Source of the DNA: an uncultured Actinomycetota bacterium
GTDB lineage: Bacteria > Actinomycetota > Actinomycetes > JAHEKZ01
Reading direction: 5' to 3'
NCBI GenBank assembly: GCA_963743915.1
Contig: CAVURN010000005.1
Span: 1-64,000, forward strand
DNA: 64,000 bases
Part shown: piece after piece, positions 56,002-64,000 of the stretch
How the letters are laid out: each line of letters opens with the position of its first letter
How positions within the stretch are numbered: position 1 is the stretch's first letter
The notes under the pieces: model-generated
Databases searched by the model: none
What the model saw: the letters and a program-made list of their open reading frames with translations, nothing else
Told to the model about the DNA's origin: nothing
Program-made: the position numbers and the translations under genes

Positions 56002-57489
56002 TCACCAGCCGCCTTCAGCGCGGCGGTTGTACTTCACATCGCTGTCGCCGAGATCGAACACCAGGAGCTTGCGTTCGGTGAATGACTCCAGGAACCACTG
56101 CGACAACTCGCGTCCCACACCACTCTTCCCCGCGCCGCCAAAGGGTGCGAGCTGGTCCCAGTAGTTGCTGGTCTCGTTGATGTTCACGGATCCGTGTGGC
56201 AGTGCCTCACCAACGCGCCATGCAGTGGCGAGGTCGCGAGTCCAAAGAGAGGCAATCAGCCCCAGTTCGCTGCGATTGGCGATCTCCACAGCCTGCTCGG
56301 CTGACGAGATCTTCATGATGGGTGCCACCGGCCCGAATGTCTCCTCCTGCATGATCATCATGTCCTCAGTGACGCCGGTGAGAATTGTCGCGGGGAAGTA
56401 GAGCTCCTCCTCGGGTCCGTACTGCGTGATCTCAGCCCCGCGTTCGCGCGCGTCATTGACATGCTCGACAACTCGTTTGAGGGTCGCGTCGTTGCAAAGC
56501 GGTCCCATTTGAGTGGCTTCGTCCGCCGGATCGCCGATCTGCAGAGCGGCGGCCTTCGCCTTCAGCTTCGCAACAAACTCGTCGTACACATCCTCGTGTA
56601 CCAGGAGTCGCTCGGCGGACGTGCACACCTGACCTGAGTAGTAGAAGCAGCCATTCATCGCTCCCTCGACGGCGGCATCCACGTCCGCATCACTCAGGAT
56701 GATGAAAGGACCATCTCCGCCGAGCTCGAGCAGGTGCGGTTTGAGCGCGGCCGCGCGAGCAATCTGCTCCCCAGTCTTGGTTGAACCGGTGAAGAAGATC
56801 CCGTCTACGTCATCGTGAGAGACGATCGCGGCGCCAACATCCCCGAGCCCCTGGACGACGTTGACAACGCCTGGCGGCAAGCCAGCCTCCTCAAAGAGCT
56901 GAGCTACCATCGCGCAGCTCACCGGCGCGTACTCGGACGGCTTCCACACGGCCGTGTTGCCGGCCGCGATGATGTGCGCCAGCGCGATGGAGGAGATGTC
57001 CGTTGGGAAGTTGTAGGGGGTGATGACGCCCACCACACCCAGTGGACGGTGGCCAAGTACGAGCCGCTTGTTCGTTGTCTGTTCCTGGGTCGACGGAAGT
57101 GACAGTCCCCGGTGCCGGAGTATCTCCTCGGCCGCCTTGTTGTACGAAGGCGCCGAATACTCGTAGACCTCCTCCCGAGAATCGGTGATCGTCTTGCCGA
57201 TCTCTGCCGTGAGCATCTGCGCGATCGGCTCGGCGCGTTCCAGGAACAGCTGGTGAATTCGGCGCAGGATCTTTGCGCGTTCGATGATCGGGAGCGCCGC
57301 CCAAGACGGCTGAGCGGCTCTCGCAGCCGCAACCGCCTGATCCACATCCGAGGTGTCGCAGCGAGCGACGACATTGACTACCTCCCGCGAGTGCGGTGAT
57401 CGCACTTGGAAGGTGCCGCCAGACCCTGCTATCCACTTGCCACCGATCAACGCATCAACTGGCGCCGCGGGCATACCGCTCATGTTCAC
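56002..57489 (-). CDS. Aldehyde dehydrogenase
   Basis: ITPYNFP, KPSE, FTGS, LELGG, GQVC, EETFGP, PFGG. Confidence 0.95.
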   Translation of the reverse strand: MNMSGMPAAPVDALIGGKWIAGSGGTFQVRSPHSREVVNVVARCDTSDVDQAVAAARAAQPSWAALPIIERAKILRRIHQLFLERAEPIAQMLTAEIGKTITDSREEVYEYSAPSYNKAAEEILRHRGLSLPSTQEQTTNKRLVLGHRPLGVVGVITPYNFPTDISSIALAHIIAAGNTAVWKPSEYAPVSCAMVAQLFEEAGLPPGVVNVVQGLGDVGAAIVSHDDVDGIFFTGSTKTGEQIARAAALKPHLLELGGDGPFIILSDADVDAAVEGAMNGCFYYSGQVCTSAERLLVHEDVYDEFVAKLKAKAAALQIGDPADEATQMGPLCNDATLKRVVEHVNDARERGAEITQYGPEEELYFPATILTGVTEDMMIMQEETFGPVAPIMKISSAEQAVEIANRSELGLIASLWTRDLATAWRVGEALPHGSVNINETSNYWDQLAPFGGAGKSGVGRELSQWFLESFTERKLLVFDLGDSDVKYNRRAEGGW

Positions 57490-57634
57490 TCCTCGGTCGA
57501 CTCAATCAACCTAGAGTTGCGCCCCTCACGGGTCAACGGGGCGTAGATCAACGCTCCATCCGCAAGGACTCCATCCGCGGTTGAGGGCACCAGACCCCCA
57601 ACGAATGAGCCCTCTTCGCCGATACAGTGCCGAG

Positions 57635-59065
57635 ATGAGCGCGCAGCCGACAACCGTCGCCCCTATTCCTGTGACATGGCCAGCCCACGACCCGGCTACC
57701 TATCGAGTCGTACCCCAGAGCGCGGCTCCACTGGACCGAGACCGCGTGGAGTCTCTCCTCGCGGCTGAGTGGGAGCGGTTCACGGCACAGACGCCTGGCT
57801 CCGGCAAGCACCACGCCCGTGCGCTTGGGTCGCTGCCGCTCGGCGTCCCCTCGACCTTCCAGTACTGGGAGCCGTACCCCGTCGCCATCACGAGCGCGAA
57901 GGGTGCCTGGCTCACCGACGTCGACGGCCGCCGGGTGCTCGACCTCTCGATGGGCTTCGGCGCCATGCTGGCGGGCCACCTCAATCCCGCCGTGGTGGCC
58001 GCGGTGGGCAAGGCGCTCGAGACCGGAACCCTGTTCGTCACGCCGTCGCCCTCGGCCACCGAGGCGGCCGAGCGCTTCCAGCGGCGCTTTGCCCTCGACC
58101 AGCTGCGATTCGCCAACTCGGGTACCGAGGCGACGATGTATGCGGTGCGCACTGCCCGGGCCTTCACCCGTCGCAAGGCGATCATCAAGATCGAAGGTGG
58201 CTACCACGGCGGGTACGACGCTCTGCAGGTGTCGGTCAAGCCCGACCTCGCGGACATCGGCCCTGAGGACGCTCCCACGCCCCAGACGCCATTCGAGGTG
58301 GAGGCCGGAACGGTCCACGTGGTTCCGTACAACGACCTCGATCGCCTGGAGCAGCTCTTCGCCGAGCATGCTTCGGAAGTCGCCTGCGTGTTCATGGAGC
58401 CGGTCCTCGAGAACATCGGCATCGTTGTCCCTGACGAGGGCTACCTCGCCGGAGTGCGCGCGATGTGCGACGCCAACGGCGCCCTCTTGGTGTTTGACGA
58501 GGTGAAGACCGGCCTGACGGCGGGTCCCGCGGGAGCCGCACAACGCCTCGGCGTCACCCCTGACCTGATCTGCCTCGCCAAGAGCATCGGCGGCGGCTTG
58601 CCGCTGGCAGCGTTTGGGGGGCGCGCCGAGGTCATGGAATGCCTGACCGATGACCGAATGCCGCACTTCGGCACCTACAACGGCAATCCACTCGTCGTGG
58701 CCGCCGCTGTGGCGATCGACGAGATCGCCACAGCCGAGGCACTCACGTCGGCCGAGAAGCTCAACGTCGACGCGCTCGGGGCCATGAACGCCATCATCGG
58801 CGAGTACGACCTGCCGGCACACACCGTTGGCTTGGGCGTCAAAGGTGCTGTCACCTGGTCGACGACTCCGGTCCGCAACTACCGCGACTACAAGCGAACC
58901 GACTTCGGCGCCGCCGAGCTCAGCTGGCTGTGGGGCGTCAACCGCGGCATCCTCACGCCGCCCGGGCTCGACGAGCAGTGGCTGGTGTCACTGGCCCACA
59001 CCAGCGACGACATGGACCTGCTCGTCAGTGACTTCCGGGAGCTGGCAGAGTCACTGCGGGGCTGA
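57635..59065 (+). CDS. Class III PLP aminotransferase (GSA-aminomutase-like)
   Basis: NSGTEAT, GGYHG, FDEVKTG, AKSIGGG, GTYNGNP. Confidence 0.9.
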   Translation: MSAQPTTVAPIPVTWPAHDPATYRVVPQSAAPLDRDRVESLLAAEWERFTAQTPGSGKHHARALGSLPLGVPSTFQYWEPYPVAITSAKGAWLTDVDGRRVLDLSMGFGAMLAGHLNPAVVAAVGKALETGTLFVTPSPSATEAAERFQRRFALDQLRFANSGTEATMYAVRTARAFTRRKAIIKIEGGYHGGYDALQVSVKPDLADIGPEDAPTPQTPFEVEAGTVHVVPYNDLDRLEQLFAEHASEVACVFMEPVLENIGIVVPDEGYLAGVRAMCDANGALLVFDEVKTGLTAGPAGAAQRLGVTPDLICLAKSIGGGLPLAAFGGRAEVMECLTDDRMPHFGTYNGNPLVVAAAVAIDEIATAEALTSAEKLNVDALGAMNAIIGEYDLPAHTVGLGVKGAVTWSTTPVRNYRDYKRTDFGAAELSWLWGVNRGILTPPGLDEQWLVSLAHTSDDMDLLVSDFRELAESLRG

Positions 59066-59521
59066 GCAGCTTCTGTCACTCGCGTGCAGCACGAACTGGT
59101 CGGCTGGTGCTGACACCCAACTCCGAGAAGGCGTGACGAATCGGAAGAAGATTCAGCTGAGCCGGGGACTGACCTTTGGGCACGGAGCACGACTGGCAAC
59201 CGCATGCCTGGACCTTGGTGATGTCGCGACCAGGACCCTCGCAGTAGAGGGCGAATGCCTTGACCAACTCCTTGGAGACTTGGCCTTGGACTGGTTGCAG
59301 CATCGAGCACCTCGGACGCTGCAAGGGCCACGGCGATCACCGGGACGTGCCACGCTGGTGCCGTATCCGTTGCAGGAGTCGGAAGGTTCTGCGGAACTCC
59401 GAGACCGCTTCACGCTCTTCTCGGCGGGAGTCTCGGCGCCGCCAGATCGACCGCAGAACCTCAACTGGCGAACTCCAACGATGTGCGCCCTGATACACGC
59501 GAATCCAGACAGCGCTTGGAC

Positions 59522-59845
59522 CTACCCGGCCTTCGGCAACTGGTCATCCATGAAGCTGTAGACCGGGCCGCCCCAGTCGGTGACCTGGCCGCGCCCGAGC
59601 TCGACGCCGCACACTGAGCCGTTGCCATTGCCCGGCATTCCATACGACAGGACCCCGCTGTTCGGATCATCGACCCGAGCGGGCACCTGGTAGCCCTGTG
59701 CAGTCAGCGCTGGTACGGAAAGAAGCTTGAAGCCGGAAGGACACCCTTCTGAGGGAGGGCCGGCATTGGCCGGTGTTGCTGCGCCAGCGGTAAGGAGCGC
59801 TGCGATGACTGCTGGAGTCACGAGCGACATGGGACGAAAGGTCAT
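59522..59845 (-). CDS. Small secreted protein with two Cys
   Basis: Signal peptide ending ANA, GCP..., GNGNGSVC; GAGGAGG RBS. Confidence 0.7.
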   Translation of the reverse strand: MTFRPMSLVTPAVIAALLTAGAATPANAGPPSEGCPSGFKLLSVPALTAQGYQVPARVDDPNSGVLSYGMPGNGNGSVCGVELGRGQVTDWGGPVYSFMDDQLPKAG

Positions 59846-60010
59846 GGTTCCTCCTCGGTGGGACATCCCCGACAGGAGATCGGGCGAGACGCCTTCCCAG
59901 GATGCTGCGCTGGTCGTGGCGGAACCATTCGGCATTCGGCTAGTCCTGGCAGAGACCTGGATTCGCCACATCCGCGTGGCTAGGGTGCAGACGACGGTGA
60001 GGTGACGGAA

Positions 60011-60754
60011 ATGACCAGGACTGTCAGCGACGCAGATGTCCATCGGATACTCGGCCTTGTCGAGGATGCGTACGCGGACCCCTCCGACCAAGCACTGCCC
60101 ACCATCGTTTTGGAGCGGGCATTCGACCTTGTCGCGTGCGACGTCATCTCCTTCGTTGACTTCGACCCCTACCTGGCTGTCACGTACGAATACATCGACC
60201 ATCCATTCGAGCCACCCGACGGAGAGGAGGACGATGACGCATTCTGGCGACACTATTGGGACACCCCGTCGTGCTACTGGCCCAGTCGATCCGGCGACGT
60301 TCGACCCATCACGACCATCAGCGACTTCCACAGTCAACGTGAGTTCCACCAGACCGGCATGTACACCGATTACCTAGCGCATAGTCAGATCGAACACGCG
60401 ATGATGATGTGCCTCGGCGGACCTGGCAGCCGTACTCGCAGAATCCTCTTCTGGCGTACCGGGGGCCAGGACTTCGATGACCGTGACCGGATGGTTCTCG
60501 CTCTACTGCGCGCCCCGCTGAATGAGGTGTACCGCCACCGTTCGAGCGCCGCTGTTGCAGAACGACTGCTCACACCTCGGCAACGGGAACTGCTTCAGCT
60601 GGTCGCAGAGGGACACACAAACGCCGAAATGGCCAGACACCTCTTCGTCTCGGTCTCGACGATCCGCAAGCACCTTGAGAACATCTATGAGCGGCTCCAG
60701 GTCACCAACCGTACGGCGGCGGTCGCTCGAGTGTTTCCTGCCGCACGGTCCTGA
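60011..60754 (+). CDS. LuxR-family regulator with GAF-like N-terminus
   Basis: LTPRQRELLQLVAEG.TNAEMA..TIRKHLENIY. Confidence 0.88.
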   Translation: MTRTVSDADVHRILGLVEDAYADPSDQALPTIVLERAFDLVACDVISFVDFDPYLAVTYEYIDHPFEPPDGEEDDDAFWRHYWDTPSCYWPSRSGDVRPITTISDFHSQREFHQTGMYTDYLAHSQIEHAMMMCLGGPGSRTRRILFWRTGGQDFDDRDRMVLALLRAPLNEVYRHRSSAAVAERLLTPRQRELLQLVAEGHTNAEMARHLFVSVSTIRKHLENIYERLQVTNRTAAVARVFPAARS

Positions 60755-61164
60755 ATCGATCGAGCCGCGCACCCGCATCCCGAGCCACCGACGGTGCCTG
60801 CCGCGGAACTCACCTCGCCCGGATGCCGAACGAGACCTGCTGCCCCGCGGTCTCCCCTGGGTAGATACGGCCATGCCGCGGCCCAGCTCCACCAAGCGGC
60901 ACTCGAACGGCGTGGATACAACAGTGCGGCGGGCACGTCCCCAACGCAGCCCCCAGGTAGCTGCCCGACATTCCCCGCAATCGCCGACAGCACCGCGGCT
61001 TGCTCGGCCGCGCCCGCCAGCCCATCGAGAGCCACGAAATCCCTCCCTGACGCCCTGATCGTGGCCGAACTGGCGCCACCCCGCCCCCTAGACTTGATCC
61101 GCCCCGATCCGACCCGGTCGCGGCAGGGACCAGCCGGTTTCCCGCACGGAATTCCGCACGTCCC

Positions 61165-61237
61165 GCCCCCGTAGCTCAGCGGATAGAGCAGCTGCCTTCT
61201 AAGCAGTTGGTCGCACGTTCGAATCGTGCCGGGGGCA
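61165..61237 (+). tRNA. tRNA-Arg(TCT)
   Basis: GCCCCCG acceptor pairing with CGGGGGC, D-arm, anticodon loop CTTCTAA, GTTCGAATC; CCA not encoded. Confidence 0.95.
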
Positions 61238-61344
61238 CCGAAGCGGTGGTAGAAGGTGACCTTCGCGGGGCTAGTCGGGACCAACGTCCCTCCCCGTTCA
61301 TCGGCTCGAGCGCCGATGCTGAAAGCGTCCCCAGGAGGTGCGTG

Positions 61345-63219
61345 ATGACCAGAACCCGTCCGGCCGTCGCTGTCGGCGTCGATGGCTCCGAGGAGGCCTT
61401 GACCGCTGCTCAGTGGGCTCTGGACGTCGCCGTCCGACGTCACGTGCCTGTCGAGGTCGTCCACAGCTGGTCCATCCCCTTGCCACCGGTCGGCCTCGGG
61501 CCAGCACCGGTGGGCCTCTCCGACGACCGCATCCAAGAAGCAGCTCAGTCCGTCCTCGACGAGGCGGTAGCCGCCCTCCAGGCACGCGGCACCGACGTCG
61601 AGGTGACCGGAACCCTCTACCCGGGGACGCCGTCCGCGGCACTCCTGGAAGCGGCGGATCGGTCCTCACTCGTCGTGGTCGGTGCCTCCGGACTCGATCG
61701 GGTGACCGAGTTCGTGCTCGGGTCCGTGACACAGCAGGTCGTGGCTCACGCATCCTGCCCCGTGGCCGTCATCCCCTCAGGCAAGCAGGTCGAGCCCGGT
61801 CTGGAAGCCGGACGGGTCGTGGTCGGCATCGACGGCTCCGAGCTGTCAGTGGCCGCCACCCGACTGGCGTTCGAAGAGGCGTCCATGAGACACGTCGGCC
61901 TCACCCTGCTGCACGTCTGGAACGCGCCCGCGTACGACACCGCCGGCATCGTCATGCCGGACACGCTCCAGCTGGAGGAGGCACACACCGACGAGCTTCG
62001 CGCCATGGCCGAGACCGTGGCCGGACTGGGTGAGCGCTACCCCGACGTGCATGTCGAGCAGCGACTGCGTCAGGGGCGTCCCGCCAACGTCCTGGCGGAG
62101 GCCTCGCACGGAGCGGAGCTGGTCGTGGTGGGCTCGCGCGGCCACGGAGGCTTCACCTCGCTGCTTCTCGGCTCGACGAGCCGTTCCCTGCTCCACCGCG
62201 CGGCCTGCCCGGTGCTCGTCGTCCGACAGGGGACGGTGACCGTAATGGGCGCCGCGACCACCACCCTCAGCCCGACGTTGGTTCGCCAGCTGGTCGGGGC
62301 TGCTGTCGCCGCCCCCTCGGTCCACAACACCCAGCCGTGGCTCTTTCGGGTCGACGGCGAGCGGATCCACCTGTACGCCGACCCGTCGCGACACCTGCAG
62401 GCCCAGGACCCCGACGGGCGGGCGCTGCTGATGTCGTGCGGCGCCGCGCTGCTGAACCTCAGGTTGGCCGCCGAGCACCACGGCCACCCGAGCGAGGTCA
62501 CGCTGCTGCCGGACGCCGACGACCCGGACCGGCTGGCCACGGTGGACCTGGCAGGGCAGATCTCCCCGACCGGGATGGCCGACGAGCTCTTCGCCGCCAT
62601 CCCGCACCGCCACACCAACCGGATGCCGTACGAGGACCGCCCCGTCCCGCCTGCGGTGCTGGACGCGATGCGCGTCGCCGCCGAGCAGGAGAGTGCTGTC
62701 TTTCACGCCGTCACCGAACCCGGTGAACGCCGACGACTCGTCGACCTGATCCACGACGCGGACGCCACGGCCGACCCGCGCGTCGAGAAGGAGGCCCGCG
62801 CCTGGACCGGCGTCGACCCCAACCGTCCGGACGGCGTCCCGACCGAGGCGCTGGGTCCCCTCCCCGCCAACCCCGGCACGCCGCACCGCGACCTCGCCCC
62901 TGGACGCCTCATCGCCAGTCGTGGTTTCGCCGTCTTCGAGCACGACCCGACCCTGGCGGTCCTCACTACGAGCCAGGACGACCGGTACTCCTGGATCGTC
63001 GCCGGCCAAGCCCTGCAGCGGGTGCTGCTGGTCGCGACCATCGAGGGTCTGGTGGCGACCTTCGCCAACCAGCCTCTGGAAGCGCCCGGCCTGCGGTGGC
63101 TGGTGCGCGACCCCGACCAGCCCATCGGGTTCCCGCAGATGCTGCTCCGCCTCGGCTATGCACCGGCCGCTCCGGCCACCCCACGACGTCCGGTCGAGGA
63201 CGTCATCATCGACGCCTGA
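61345..63219 (+). CDS. Tandem universal stress protein domains in frame with an Acg-type nitroreductase (possibly two genes; internal ATG at 62245)
   Basis: 2x VGVDGS...GS..CPV; [26 protein letters not shown]. Confidence 0.8.
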   Translation: MTRTRPAVAVGVDGSEEALTAAQWALDVAVRRHVPVEVVHSWSIPLPPVGLGPAPVGLSDDRIQEAAQSVLDEAVAALQARGTDVEVTGTLYPGTPSAALLEAADRSSLVVVGASGLDRVTEFVLGSVTQQVVAHASCPVAVIPSGKQVEPGLEAGRVVVGIDGSELSVAATRLAFEEASMRHVGLTLLHVWNAPAYDTAGIVMPDTLQLEEAHTDELRAMAETVAGLGERYPDVHVEQRLRQGRPANVLAEASHGAELVVVGSRGHGGFTSLLLGSTSRSLLHRAACPVLVVRQGTVTVMGAATTTLSPTLVRQLVGAAVAAPSVHNTQPWLFRVDGERIHLYADPSRHLQAQDPDGRALLMSCGAALLNLRLAAEHHGHPSEVTLLPDADDPDRLATVDLAGQISPTGMADELFAAIPHRHTNRMPYEDRPVPPAVLDAMRVAAEQESAVFHAVTEPGERRRLVDLIHDADATADPRVEKEARAWTGVDPNRPDGVPTEALGPLPANPGTPHRDLAPGRLIASRGFAVFEHDPTLAVLTTSQDDRYSWIVAGQALQRVLLVATIEGLVATFANQPLEAPGLRWLVRDPDQPIGFPQMLLRLGYAPAAPATPRRPVEDVIIDA

Positions 63220-63256
63220 GAGGCCCCGTCCCTGCCGGGCGCTAGCCTTCGGGACC

Positions 63257-63886
63257 ATGAGCAACGCGCACCTGGTCTGGGTCGACTGCGAGATGACCGG
63301 TCTCGACCTTGTCCACGATGCCCTCATCGAGCTGGCCGTCCTGGTGACCGACGACGACCTGAACATCCTCGGCGACGGCGTCGACGTGGTGATCCGTCCA
63401 CCCGACGCGGCCCTCGAGCAGATGGACGACTTCGTGCGCACGATGCACACCACGTCCGGGCTGCTCGACGAGCTCGCCGGCGGCATCACCCTGGCGGACG
63501 CCGAGGAGCAGGCACTCGACTACATCCGTCAGTTCGTCCCGGACCCGGGCAAGGCACCCATGGCGGGCAACTCGATCGCCACCGACCGCAACTTCGTCGT
63601 CCGTGACCTTCCGAAGCTCGATGCCCACCTGCACTACCGCATGGTCGATGTCTCGTCGATCAAGGAGCTCGCCCGTCGCTGGTTCCCCCGTGCGTACTAC
63701 CAGGCGCCCGCCAAGCACGGCGGACATCGCGCCCTCGCCGACATCACCGAGTCCATCAACGAGCTGGCGTACTACCGCGCGGCCGTCTTCGTCCCGCCGC
63801 CCGGGCCGGACTCGCAGGGAGCCCGTGAGATCGCGGCACGCTTCGGTGGCGCCAGCGGGCAGGCGACCGCGGGCGAGGACGCCTGA
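63257..63886 (+). CDS. orn: Oligoribonuclease
   Basis: [30 protein letters not shown]. Confidence 0.97.
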   Translation: MSNAHLVWVDCEMTGLDLVHDALIELAVLVTDDDLNILGDGVDVVIRPPDAALEQMDDFVRTMHTTSGLLDELAGGITLADAEEQALDYIRQFVPDPGKAPMAGNSIATDRNFVVRDLPKLDAHLHYRMVDVSSIKELARRWFPRAYYQAPAKHGGHRALADITESINELAYYRAAVFVPPPGPDSQGAREIAARFGGASGQATAGEDA

Positions 63887-63943
63887 CCGGTTGGGGAGTC
63901 CGCCCGCTTCCTCGGTAGACTTCAGCCGGCCTTCACGGCCGAT

Positions 63944-64000
63944 GGTGGGTGTAGCTCAGCTGGTAGAGCACCTGGTTGTGGTCCAGGGGGTCGCGGGTTC
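63944..64000 (+). tRNA. tRNA-His(GTG), truncated by window end
   Basis: G-1 + GTGGGTGTAGCTCAGCTGGTAGAGCA, anticodon GTG, GGTTC. Confidence 0.92.

Overview
High-GC actinobacterial chromosomal window. The core genes are nei-rpiB-pepN-ctaI/ctaJ-like-HNH-glbO-thioesterase-ettA-ssb, then tRNA-Arg(TCT), orn and tRNA-His. As I recall it, this order resembles the M. tuberculosis Rv2464c-Rv2478c/Rv2511 region, and many accessory cassettes are inserted into it. Bases 1-4234 are the end of an integrative element: a tyrosine integrase, a 3'-half tRNA-Gly att site, and a CopRS-like two-component module. Most notable observations: (i) an AbiEi-like/DUF559 nuclease gene bracketed by inverted arrays of a ~32-bp repeat that fill the gap between two convergent core genes; (ii) a DszB-like desulfinase plus rhodanese operon behind a perfect palindromic operator next to TetR and MFS genes; (iii) an operon with a degenerate-PAP2/kinase fusion, a lipoprotein, a flippase-like protein and two PAP2 phosphatases; (iv) two diverged duplications of gene 3' ends; (v) response-regulator direct-repeat boxes defining two local regulons. 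More than 20 genes, including ettA, have single-base frameshifts, most likely long-read or assembly errors, so pseudogene and fusion calls are uncertain. All family assignments come from motif recognition by eye; no searches were run.
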